DNA from: Phoronis australis
Taxonomy: Eukaryota > Animalia > Phoronida
Assembly: GCA_002633005.1 (NCBI GenBank)
Contig: NMRA01000150.1
Span: 444,945 to 508,944 of the forward strand
Length of the DNA: 64,000 nt
Direction of reading: 5' to 3'
The notes under the pieces were generated by a model that worked only from the letters and a program-made list of their open reading frames with translations, had not been told where the DNA came from and did no database searches. Of the stretch, positions 11,991 through 25,100 are shown piece by piece. Positions within the stretch are counted from its first letter, which is position 1. Every line of letters starts with the position of its first letter. Both the position numbers and the translations under genes were made by a program.

Positions 11991-14900
11991 TGACGCACCC
12001 CAACATTGTAATGTACTGTTTACACCAAAGCAGCTACATGTTATGTATTAACACGAATACTTAATACTACAAATTTTTTAAAAGTTATTTGTTACAGCAA
12101 GTGTAGACTAAAGCACATTATATTCTGTTATTTTCTAAACTGTTCAGACCAACTGGTTAAAATGTTAATTAAGGTTACATCAGTCTCCTTTCATCACTGG
12201 TAAGGAGCTTGCGACGCACGTATCATTTATCTATTATCCGGGACATATGTCGATCATAAAAATGTACTGTGAAAGAGATATTTAACACCTGGTTTAGTTG
12301 ATGTGATCAAAACATAACACTACAGACACTATGTGTACTGGCAACACATCATGATAAGATGGAAATTCCCAGTCAAGGCAATTAAGTGGTTTCACTTTCT
12401 AAACTAAAGACAAAATGTCTAACACTTAAAATTTTATTACAAGACTAGAATACCGTATCAAGGTCATACAAAAACAAAAGTTCAAATACACTAAGCCGAG
12501 ATGTAAATTCTCTGTGATATCGGTATCAGAAAGATTCTTCAAACAGATCTTTAACTTCTTTTCCATGAGAGTGGTTTTCTAAGAAAATTATGGGAAAACC
12601 CACAGAATGGCGTCATGAGTCATACTACCAGCTGCTGTGTTGCTGCTTAAGCGTACGAAATTCCACGACTACATGAATATTTTGATCATGATTGTGACCT
12701 AGGATTTGTAAAGACAATATCTTCATTGTCTGATGCTAATTAGCATAATGTTAACTGGTCAAATGCTACCTGGCAAAAATTTAAAGTCTCTAAACAGAAA
12801 CTTGACAAAGCTCATTGATGTGAGCTGTAAATAACCTGAAGTGAAGAACTCTGGTGAACTAAGCAAATGTTCATCAGCGTACCAAAGATCGCAGCATTTT
12901 CCTGGATGTAAAATGACCACCGGGCTGTTATGATTTTGTTGAACAATTCTGACTTTAATTGATGTAGATTTTGAGTGTCTGCTCAGATGGTGGCGTGGCA
13001 ACTTCTGGCGAAGCAAAATCTCAGTGAGGTATTAGCGAGCTATAGATCTTCAAATCAGCCCATCCTTGTTGTGAGGAATTAAATAAATAAAAATGTTGGA
13101 AGGGAATCGTTAAAATCGATTTCAAAGCTGTACAGTATGAATTGAAAACTCTACGCGGCTGCGCAGAAATAAAAAAATGGTCGTGAATCTTGGCAATATA
13201 GCTACCACTGGATAATAAATAGCCTACATGACTGCCGAAATTGCAATTATTTTTGTTTCATTTTTGCATTAAATATGCAAATTATAGGTCACTTGATAAG
13301 GAAAAGTTGTGGTCTTAAGAAAACGCGATTGTCAATGGACGATTTAGGCAAGAGTAAGACTAAGAGAACAAAGAACATGTAGGCTGCGTAGTCAGTATCC
13401 TGCACAAAAACCGGAATTTATTGACACAGGTCGTAAGCCTGAACTTGTTTACAGGAGTGGAGATTGCTCCATTGCATTACAGATCACACAACTATAGTCT
13501 ATGACCGTAATCACTGATTGCAGTACGATGGTGCGAGAATGTTCACGTATAGGACTACCTGATTCCAGGACTTCTTACTCTTAGTAACCTACCTATTCAA
13601 CCGACCATCGATCGTCATCGATTTTCACATCTGGTACACACATAAACTAGAACCACACTCACAACCTCGTCCTAACCTGAATAAGGACAAATGGTGGACA
13701 TTAATATCTTACCTCACAAGAAGATAAGAATAGAAAATTAGATGAGACGTGAATCTGTACATAAATATTTACCCGATTATTTGCGCCAAAAACAAGTGCG
13801 TCACCTTTGATTGACTGCTGATTATCGACACTTTGACGGTAGCGCCGTCTATTTGTTGAGCCGTGAGTTGATGGTCTTGATCAAAGGCCAGTCACTGGCA
13901 GCATAGATTATATAGTCTATGCTGGCAGCTAGCTGTATGAAGATCGTCAAAATACAGCTAGGTACCACTCTGCACAGGCGCTTGAGTTTATCTGTTCCTC
14001 GTTCGCTAGTGACGTCACTCATTACTAAGAAAACCATAGACAAAGATGTCAATGAAGAAAACATAACAAGGCTATGCAGAAGATCGCTCCACAGCAGCAG
14101 TAGAACTGAAGTGGAATGCCATTTTTTCCAACACCCTTAAATAATCTACTTTACTCAAGGAATACTGTAGTTTTTAATGATACTAATTTTGTGTCAGATT
14201 TTATCTTGCCACTTTTTTACCCACATCGGTTCAAAGCTGTATAATCAGTATACAGCTTTGTACCAAGGCTGTGTCAAAAGCCCAAGTCGGGGGGTGCCAC
14301 ATTTTAAGAACATTCAGTGGAGAAAACTGCTGATGCGGCCACGTTGTGCTGTGCGTGAAGTTGAAATCCTGCTTTTATGCAATCTTGAGATTAAAATCTC
14401 AAGATTGCATATTCCTGAGCTCGGAATCAAATAATCATAAAAGCAATCAAGTGAATTTTTTGGTTAGTGTAAAGAATGTTTGTAATTGCTAGCCTCACAA
14501 TCGCCCACTTTCTCTTTCACAGGAACAACTGTGTCACAGAATCGAAGGAATGTGTGAATGGTTATGCAATTGTTTGGCGAATAAGGTAGGTTGAAAAATC
14601 CAATAAAGGTTGGTTCATGTACATAAGTTTATCAATATGTAATTTAGTCTACTAAGTGTAGTGAAGTGCCCGGAATTTGTTTGAACGAGAACGCGATAAG
14701 AACCAGAACTGCTCCCTAGTTTGAGTGACCTCGCCAAATTCCCTTTTGTATCCAAAGTTCACGCTACAGGTCTAGCCGACTCACCGGCCAGAGACCACCA
14801 AGATCTTGTCATCTTCACTATTATCCACTGTTAATTAAAATGGCAGCAGCTCAGTGAATTAGTGATTGGTCGGCGCGCCGAGATCGATAGATAGAATGTT

Positions 14901-15104
14901 AATGAGAGGTCACTTTTTTTCTTTTATTTACATATATTGAGCTAAGTGTTTCACAGTACAACTAGTAGTAAACACATAAAAGCACGCATACGTTCATCAC
15001 AATCACACCCGGGATCAGAATACTGTCAAAGACGAAAGTTAAACAAATAGAAGAACCACAGGGGCCGGGTCCACCTTTGAACGAATCGTTCATATTCACA
15101 ATTA

Positions 15105-15370
15105 TTACACAAAATTACTAGAGCTGAGTTCTTTTTTGAGTAGCTGCAAACACGGAACACAACAGTTTAATCTCGCTTTATGAAGATGATATTTGACCAA
15201 ACATATGACCAAATTGATGGCATGTTCTGCATTATGCCTGCCAAACAATACACCATGTAAGTTCAGTTTATAAGATTCACCGGTTTTCGATACGATCCAG
15301 TTGTTTACAGCCACTCAAAAATTTTAAACCATTGTACAAGACCAATACAAGTGAATAAGATCTTCAGACT
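15105..15370 (-). mobile_element. L1/Tx1-type LINE ORF2 C-terminal fragment
   Basis: LIHLYWSCTMV*NF*VAVNNWIVSKTG...VLFGRH...AINLVICLVKYHLHKAR...P matches the region after the zf-RVT motif (HLFW.C..V..FW...ILFG...N......K..I.K.R); stops present. Confidence 0.7.
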
Positions 15371-15376
15371 CACTGT

Positions 15377-16105
15377 TACAAGAGCAACGCGGAGCGTTGA
15401 CATGCGCATACGAATGCATCGCAAACGGTGTGCTTCTAGGGGTGTTTATTTAGAACATAAAAATGGCCATTAGATGGTGCAAAATACTGTCGAATCCATC
15501 CAAGCTATTTACACCGTGGTATTGTCCGATCCGTCCGAAAGTCGTCGTCGTTTTCTTTTGTCAACTTGATATAAATACACCAGCAAAATTCAATAAAGAT
15601 CCTGTAGAACGTTTAGGAGATACAGCCATTAGCACAAAAACAAACAAAACTCCCACTAAGAGGCGCCACAGTAGTCCTAGTCGGAAAATCGTCGTCAGCC
15701 GCCCTCTTCACAATAAGAAAGTATATGCCAATTTTCAAAATCATCCCTTGAGTGGTTTGGTTGATAGAAGGGCGGACGCCAAAAAACAGACTCGAAAACA
15801 ATAAAAATGGCCACTAGGTGGCGCAAAGTTCCTCGACCGTCCGAAAACGGGAGCATGGCATCATTGGCTGACAACTATGAAAATCTGTTGTGGATCTCCA
15901 AAGATAGACAGGTAAGCGTAAAAAACTAAAATTGCCACTAGGGGGCACATCGGTAGTCGGAGAGGTCCGAAATTCGTAGTCATCCGTCGTCAGCTTCATA
16001 AGAACACATCTCCAAATCTCATCAAGATCCTGTGAGGCCGGGTTTCCGGCGGAGATACAGCTGCGGACGCCGGACGCCCAGACAGAGATGACTGCAATAT
16101 GGGAC
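15377..16105 (-). mobile_element. Helentron-associated (HINE-like) non-autonomous element with internal repeats, copy 1
   Basis: Starts acaagagcaacgcggagcgttg (short hairpin next to CTTGT on the minus strand); colinear homology to 52136-52970; internal units each carry a ccactag..ggc motif. Confidence 0.65.
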
Positions 16106-16357
16106 CATTTTCAAGTGTGACTTATCGCTCTTGCCATTATTTTTCGTATTAATCTATTTTAAATTGGTGACCACTTGTTTACATCTTTAACAAATGGCGA
16201 CGATACGTCCTTCAAAACTGCTCCCAAGCCTGACCTTACCCTTAAAATTAGAATTTTGAGACTTCAAATTGGCCGCTGCCGCAACCCAACTGTTCAGTGC
16301 AACCTGGTAATTCTTGAAGTTTGGATATGAAAAATGGCCAAATTTACGACAGCTGTC

Positions 16358-16709
16358 TTAAAAGTATACTAAACCCTGTTTCGACGATTTCAACCAATCC
16401 CCGTTCTGTCACCTGCTAATGCATCATTGGTGTCAATTTCCAAGTTAAAGGCAGGAATCAACAAAAAAATCGTACTCTCTATCCCGCAAATTAGATATTA
16501 CGGTCCTTAGTGGGTGGTGTTTTCCCACAGTTGCCGTGTCACGCTGGACAGTTTAGCAAACTTTGAAAGGAGTTTTCACTCAAAAAACTTCCTCCAAACT
16601 TTTGAGGGTTGTCGAGGATTACAGATCATTTTTTTGTTTCAGAAAACTGGATGGGAAAGTCGTTTTAGTATCTGTTAATTGGCCAAGACCGGGTTTGGTA
16701 TCCTTTTAA
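16358..16709. mobile_element. Kolobok-like non-autonomous element, family A, copy 2
   Basis: TTAA|AAGTATACTAAACC ... GGTTTGGTATCCTT|TTAA; homologous to copies 1 and 3. Confidence 0.75.
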
Positions 16710-16952
16710 CGTTTCATTGGATGTTGCAAAAAACCTCGGGTTTGCAAAACGTGAATATACGCCGACCGGCGGGCGTATCTGCCGTGATGAAAACAGTCCT
16801 GAATGTATTACCGCGTGTGGCACGTCAGTCAGCTATACCAAAATCATAATACGGCTAGCCAGCTGACACAAGGTGTTTCACTAGCACCGGGTGCGTTTTT
16901 GATCCAAGTTTCTTGAACCTGCGAGTTGAGTAAAAAACTTATCGGTATTTCA

Positions 16953-17797
16953 GGGTGTTCCATCGAAATTGGAATCCCGGTGTAAAACAGATATCCCGGA
17001 GACGAAAGCAGACTCCCGCAACTTCAAAACTGCTGACCAGTTCGAACAACACAAATCCGACCTTTAAAACAGGAACCGCGGGGATCGGACAGGAAACCCG
17101 GAAAATTTTTCAAGTCTGAGACGATGTCAGTAACCTCAGACTTTGAGTTAAGCCATTATCAAGTTCTTTCCACTTGTTTTCTGCATTTATTTGTTAAAAA
17201 TTGTCAATAATAAAACTTAACTTCTTTCATATTTACTCTTTCATTTGATTTTTATCAGTGAAAACTCGTGCAACATGTCTATGGTCGAATTTCAACATAA
17301 TCTATACTCTCAACACGTTGCTGACCAATTTTCAATCCTACAAAACCTGCTCCATGGTTCTTATTTATGAAGGCGGCTGAAAAATCACGAATTGAATCCG
17401 GCAAATCTTCCATCACACTTGCACACAATGTTCACTCTGTCGTATACACTGTACACATTCTCGAGTAAAACAGGTTCTTAAAAAGAAGCAAAGAAGCAAC
17501 ACCCTTTTTCCTTAAAGATTGATCATAAGTTGTCTAAAATTCTCATGTAATGAAATATCAAAAGTAAGAAGATTTTTTTCTTTCATAATGTGAAATTGAC
17601 ACATGTCGTATGAACACAACGCACTTAGCTACTTAGGTACTATTTTCTTGAGATAAATAATGTTTGAAAGAAAGTACTGGAGTGGTGTTTCGGTCTCCGT
17701 GTGTTCTGTTCTATCCCCGGGGTTCGTGTTTTTCGGACGGGTCAGCTAAAGGTGCGGGCGTTTGTTTCACACCAGGGTTTTAATTTAGATGGAAAAC
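16953..17797. mobile_element. MITE-like element with long imperfect terminal inverted repeats (possibly PIF/Harbinger)
   Basis: 16953-17100 (gggtgttccatcgaaattggaatcccggtgtaaaaca...) is an imperfect inverted copy of 17683-17797; a third, isolated arm lies at 26620-26789. Confidence 0.6.
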
Positions 17798-19192
17798 TTA
17801 GTTGTATTTTCTGCAGTCACAAATTCCTTGCATCGTCGTGAGTGTCATTGATTTATGCCTGACTGTCATTGTCGTCGAAGCCATATTAATATTAATTAGC
17901 TCGCATTTATTAGGCAAAGTTGTTGCTTTAAGAATACTTCCACCGAACCTAGCTGAGTAATGTTTTTCCAGGCAGGACAAAAAACCAAGCGTGTCCTACA
18001 CAACATATTTGCTTCACCGCAGTTGTACGTTAGACGCGCTACATGTAGGGGCTTGTATAACGGATGATTGAGATTTTCCCAATTTCAGCGTGCACCTAAC
18101 TTCAGTGAATTAAGCATCATACAAGGTTACCTAATCATCAAATATCATCTATGAATCAATTGATTTTCGTAAAATGAATACACTCGTAAATCTGCAAGCA
18201 ACACTTTCCGTGTTTATCAAAACAGAACATTATAAGCAATTCCCGAAGGTATGCACGCAGGTTCTTGACGGACAACCGAGGGAACATGGGAGACGGGGCA
18301 TCCCACGGCGTTTGGGGTTCCGCCACGAAAATTTCCGAATTCATTTGCATTAACGTGTATTTCAGTTCATTTCAGAGCTGGCTATTATGGTTTATGATTT
18401 AGACTCGAGCTCCAAAAATCGCTGAAACATTTGTTTTCTAATTGGCATAATGTACAGTACTTTGAATGCCGTAATCCGTTAGAGATGTACACTGTACAGT
18501 ACATCCCTCACTTTTCGGCGTATCAAAGACTTCACGGCGTCATCACACTTCGATGTGAGCTGATAGCTATTCATGGGCTTGGCCCAAGGTGTATTAGACG
18601 AGGTAATTGCGGTCGTAACCAACGCCCTTGTTTAGCGTAATACTTTCGAAGGAAACAAACGACCAATATGTAAGGCAAATGACCAAAATGTTTTTTAAAG
18701 CTGAAAAGTAAATGTTACTGTAGCTCTTTTCGAATTCTTAATATCGGTATATTATAAAATAAATTATAGCATATACGTTTTCTCCACCACTGGCAGCGCG
18801 GCTGAGCCACACGCATTAATTAACTTTATGAAAGGACGGGTCTGTCTGCTTATATGGTTGCGGTGGTAAACGGCAAATGTTAGCGTACGAGTTGCGTCGT
18901 GTTTCACGTGCTCATCACTTGGACAGGAGACCATATGCTAATACTACCGTTCGCCAACGTGATATCATCTTATGACGTAGTCAGTATACAGGTGATACAG
19001 GGTATGTGTTACCCGACAAAAAGGAACTAGTGTATAATTGTGTTATGAAGTTATTTGAAATCATTAAAAATTAGGCGTCTTCCCATAATTGATGTTGAAC
19101 GACTCTTCTGGTGATAAAAGTACATACAGATTGAAACAAAAGTTTATTGTTATGGTAACCCTTTATTCTCCCGAATTGTGTTTCCAATGAAT

Positions 19193-22100
19193 TCACGCCA
19201 CATTCTCCTGACAAGCACCTGCAGTGAAGACCAAGTCGTCCAGGTGCACCGTTCCTTCATTATTATCCACGCGGTCTTCAGTTACTTGAAGCTACAAATG
19301 AATAGTATAGTAGAGTAACTAACGTTGGTGCGAGAAACAAGGCTGTGCATTGACTTACCGACCACACATTGTAAATATTGGACAATAGTACGAGTACGAA
19401 GAGGTGAAGGTTTATTTCTCATTGTCAATCAATTGGATGGTATTATTGTTGAATGATTTCATTTGTAACCTATTTCTCTACTAGCCATTACCCTGTGGTT
19501 TACGGGGAGTAGGCAGAGGCGTCAAGAGAAAGAGTGAGCCCGGGGCAACACGACACTGGGTTCCTGATCCAATATCCAACACGACACTGGGCTCCTGATC
19601 CAATACCCAACACGACACTGGGCTCCTGATCCAATAACCAACACGACACTGGGTTCCTGATCCAATAACGAACGCGACACTGGGCTCCTGATCCAATACC
19701 CAACACGACGACTCCTGATCCAATACCCAACACCACACTGGGCTCCTGGTCCAACACCCAACAATAACTTACCGCACATGCATCCCCCGTTTAAGGTGTT
19801 ATTCAAGCCGTACAACTAAAAATGACTTACTAAAAACATGCAATTATTTTTGTTTAATTCTTCATTTTCATAAAAACTTGATTCACTATTCGTGTTCTGC
19901 ATAGTCCTACTACGCATTATGTGTAGCTTTGTAGGCTTTCGCAGCACCAAATAGTTCAGCGATTGGGAAAAAATCCAATTTCCTTGAATGAGTGGATTCC
20001 GCAGTTCCTAAATGAGCCAGCCAATTCTAGCACGTGGTGGAACGGAGACCATTCTTCGCTCTTGCGATAACACTGAATGAGCGATCTCCTTGAGCAACTG
20101 GCGCAGGCAGGCAACAGAAAAATTCTCAGAGAAATGCAAAGGTTTAGGAACAGTGTTTCAAGTTTTAGTTCTTACAAAGCTGAAGCAGAAACAAAAGTGC
20201 ATCTCTGAGATTGGCTGCATGTACCGTCATCAAGTGGTGAAGATACTGGAATACATCAACGCTATACAAGCAGCAGAGTCGTTGAACATGTTCTCGTAGA
20301 TGCTTCAAATCTAGGCTTGGGTATCTCCACGACACACCAAATATCCTCTCTAACTGCTAAACTGACTGACAACGTGTAGCTAAACTCGCTATGACAGCGT
20401 CCATAATGCAAATGAAGACTTGTCTTGTGAATTTATCCTCTACAGTAATGNCCCAACAATAACTTCCCGCACATGCATCCCCCATTTAAGGTGTTATTCA
20501 AGCCGTACAACTAAAAATGACTTACTAAAAACATGCAATTATTTTTTGTTTAATTCTTCATTTTCATAAAAACTTGATTCACTATTCGTGTTCTGCATAG
20601 TCCTACTACGCATTATGTGTAGCTTTGTAGGCTTTCGCACCAAAAAGTTCAGCGATTGGGATAAAATCCAATTTCCTTGAATGAGTGGATTCCGCAGTTC
20701 CTAAATGAGCCAGCCAATTCTAGCACGTGGTGGAACGGAGAACATTCTTCGCTCTTGCGATAACACTGAATGAGCGATCTCCCTGAGCAACTGGCGCAGG
20801 CAGGCAACAGAAAAATTCTCAGAGAAATGCAAAGGTTTAGGAACAGTGTTTCAAGTTTTAGTTCTTACAAAGCTGAAGCAGAAACAAAGGTGCATCTCTG
20901 AGATTGGCTGCATGTACCGTCATCAAGTGGTGAAGATACTGGAATACATCAACGCTATACAAGCAGCAGAGTCGTTGAACATGTTCTCGTAGATGCTTCA
21001 AATCTAGGCTTGGGTATCTCCACGACACACCAAATATCCTCTCTAACTGCTAAACTGACTGACAACGTGTAGCTAAACTCGCTATGACAGCGTCCATAAT
21101 GCAAATGAAGACTTGTCTTGTGAATTTATCCTCTACAGTAATGACCTTCTTTGTCTCGTTGGCATAAACGTTCTCGTTTGCTTCTTTTCTCACAGTACTA
21201 AGTCTGCTCTCAGCTTCAATGCCCCCATTTGTCTCTCAAGTCATTGAAATTGTTAAGTATAGACCGTTTATGTTTACTACTTTACTGTCTAAGGTGGTAT
21301 CTCTTGTTTGTAGCACTTTGTTGCTCATGGCAATTGTTGAAGGAACCTTTAGGCATGAAGCGGTCTTGGTCATTCACTCACCATTTGATCAAATATAGGT
21401 CTGGCCTTGTTCCTGTAGACAAATTCAGCTTGATGACGTCCTCAATGTCTCTCTTCAAGGAGGGGAAAGGTACAGCAAACGGTCTCAAGCTGTCCACTGT
21501 CGCTGACCAACTTGTGTCTAACATGTTGCGGATAGCTATAGGCCTACTAACGTGGTGTGATGGAACTGAACAGTTCCCTAACAGTTCAAAAAGGCAATAG
21601 CCTGTGAGAAACTTTCAGCATCATGGCTTCCACACAGGTTAAGACTATGACAAGCACAGTGTGAGAATGTGACCACAAAAGACTTCTTCTACATGTTCTT
21701 CCATGGTGATCCACTTCAAGTAACACATTTTGTGATTAGCACTCCATGGATTATTCTAAAATCCCTTCGACCCCCACACGCCACGACCTCCTCGACCCAC
21801 GATTCCCTCGACCCACGGCCCCCTCGACCCACAAATCCCACGATCCACTACCCCCCTCGACCCACGACCTGTGGCAATAGATGTATCTTTGCGCTTTTTA
21901 CACATTTCATCATCATATTACATCGCAAGACTTACCTACACGCAAATATGCTCTGACTCAAGTCTGGAGTTAAGAACAGAGCACAGGCGCTCGAATTTCC
22001 CGATGACTCATAACCATATGAGATGAGATATGTGTCTCGAAATATCGCTTTTTAAAATATGTTACCTTCTGATGTCGTTTGGATTTTTGTTGCACTTGCG

Positions 22101-25100
22101 ATGTAAAGACAAGATCTTTATTTAGAGAGTTGGAAAGAACTGAGATTAAACTAGTAAAAACAGATCAAAGTCGTGTTTTTAATGAAATATAATTAAGCTA
22201 TCTGCATTTTCACTCGAAATTTGCTCGTCCTGCAAAGAACAACGCCATGTTGGTTATTTGAGCCCGTCAGATTACACGTTTTACCCCCCCTTCCGTCCAT
22301 CTGGTGGTCATAATTCCTCCTATCCCGCGATCGCCACATGTTTCGGGCCACCACTCCGGTCCACACCAAGAATTCCTAGTTTTCCTAGTTTCGCCACAAC
22401 TTTTGAGGCGCGGTTATGGCTACTAGGGGACCCCTAATTAGTATGGGGACCATGAACTGTAACCCGGCACTGTTTTGCTCAGCATATCCACCCACACATT
22501 TCTGTGACATTACTATGGTTTTGTTGTATGTTGGTTTCAAATGGTCGCATGTGACCCTGGCACCCTTAGCTAACATACCTGGATACATGTACGTCTCTGG
22601 GTACATACCTGCGCTTCCTCGTCAGCATGAATAGTTATGAAGTACTGTCGCCATGTCTTGGTGTATTCCTCGGTGTCAAACACCAAAATCGGATCATTCG
22701 ACATGACGTACACACTCAAACTTCTATAGCCTTTTACAACGTCCATGAATATTCTGAATTTGAAACAGTATGTACCCGCTGTAAGAGATGACGTACACAG
22801 GTTGAGTGAGGTGTTGTACCACATCCGCCAGCCAGTGACACCGCCCTGGAAATCTCGAATTTTTACTTGAGTTTGTAGCTATAATCTCGGAGTCAGAAAG
22901 TGCGAATTGGACTATAAATGCCAATGAATAAACCATAATATAATCGAGCAAATAGACCCTTACATTGAGTTGGCACAAAAGTAGAACGAAAAATATCAAA
23001 AGTATTTTCGAGTTCGATTTACTGTTCCATTTCGAGTACAAAGATCAGACCCTGGCTCCCTGGTTATTGCATTTAGTAAGGTTTTTGAGGGCAAATCATT
23101 CCTTCCACTAAATTGAGCGTAAAGTGACACATGTGCTTTAAATGACGAGTAGAATTAACTTGCCGTGCATTCGAAACTGGCCGCCGGCGCCTATGGACTT
23201 GAGCGTATGCCATATAGTTTGCACTGCTTATGCAATCCACTTTGGCGAATGCCGACTCGACAAGTGCGGCCTGAGATTGTCACAAGAGGGCAATTTCAGC
23301 CCGGCTGCCCTCACTCGCTTGAAGTGACTTCAAATTTTAGTTCCTCAACTCGTCAAACGTGAGTTGAAAATTAAAATTGATGGCCACTTTCTATATTTTG
23401 TTGAAATTTTTAATTTCTTCACGGAATGATGTCACAAGGCTGCGATGAGTAATGACATTGTGTATAATTTAATCAGAATTGGAGAAAATCTGATTTATTA
23501 ATTACTATATTCTCGAAGCTTAAATCCTCCACACCATGGCCATAAATGCTTGAACGCTGTTACGAACAATTTTGGTATGATATATTTTAAGTACTTTTAA
23601 TCAACAAATAAACGCAAACATTAAAAATATTAAATTTTGGAGTGACGTCATCAGTGGACCCTGTCTCCGATGTTGTTGTTCCACACCAGAGCCGTAGTGA
23701 TCTCGAAAACTTAGTATTATCATAGACTATGGTATTATGAAAAGTTGCACGTGCGGTGGATGCAGTAGTAGTAGTCTGCATGGGCGGCGCACCATAGGGG
23801 CCTGGGGGACTATAACCCCCCACTTTTTCAGTGCTGCGCCGCACATGGTCTATGGGCGGTGCACCACAGGGGGGCTGAGGGGGCTTTAGCCCCCCACTTT
23901 TTTCAGTACTCCACCGCCCATGATCTGTCAGACACTATTTTAGTTTTTGAGTTTCAAAAAGACCCTAACTTCGCCCAGAAATGGCACAGGCCACGAGTAT
24001 GGCAGCACACGGTGAAGCAAGCGATCAGTTCAAGGCCAACGCTGTGTTCGGGCCAGCCTGAAGCCTAGTGCTTGAAGATTTCTCCAACGTGAAACTGCAT
24101 TTGATAGAGAAAAGTCACATGAATTCAATATCAAATAATGACTGAGATAATGAATGTTCAAGATTTTGTGGAAATGCATGCTATCCATGCATTCGCCGAT
24201 GCGTGCTATCCATACACAAGCCAATGCGTGCTATCCATACATACGCCAATGGGTGTCAGTTGTTTACCGATTGAGCAGAGTCAGAAGGTCAAGGTCGAAA
24301 ACGATGTCATAGTGATGAATCGGCAACGATAGTAAAAATTTTCAAAGCCTGTCACGTTCCGATTTTACCGGTTATCAAGAGGGTTCAGTGACGTAAAATT
24401 GCCCTCACCTTTCGTCAAAAAAAATAACACCTCTTCCCATGTCTAATGCACCAACAAGGCCGTTATTATTTAAAGGGAGTAACAAATTATCCCGCTCAAA
24501 TCAAGATCTGTGTGATGTCATTGGTTCAAACGAGGCGATGACAGGACAGAAATTAACAGGTTTACTGTAAGTCTGAACATAACATAAAGGGATGAATACA
24601 AGAGACAATGTTTACTGTTAAGTGGCAGTGTTTACTGCATATCTGAACTTAACATAAGGGTTAAAAAAACAGTGACATTGTTTACTATACGCCTGAAAAT
24701 AAAACAAAGGTTTGAATGCCAGTGAAAGTGTTTACTTAAATCTGAACATAACATCATAAGGGTTGAATAAGAGTGACAGTGTTTAAGACGTCTTGAATAC
24801 TAATGAATCACTGTTATGGACTTGGATTACAAGTAATTCTGTCAACATGAAGTTTTGTTTAAAGTCTGTGCCTTGAATAGGTGACTGCATGCCAGCTACA
24901 TTGATGACCTTTTAATACTTTTGTGTAAATGGTTTCTTTTATCTGATGTCTCGTTGTGGTATTTTAATTAATTGATAAAGTTTGCCAACACCTAGTTCAG
25001 CTGAGTCGGGTCATACCTTTAAACTTGTGTGAGGTCAAGATGGCTTCGCCTGCGTTCTGAGATTTGTTGTTGCCGCTGAAGACGGTGCATCCGTGTGATT

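Noticed and set aside
19757-21143. About 690-bp direct duplication (19757-20450 and 20452-21143)
   Set aside because: The copies are near-identical and meet exactly at a single N (20451), typical of overlapping contig ends or haplotypes joined at a gap rather than real LTRs.
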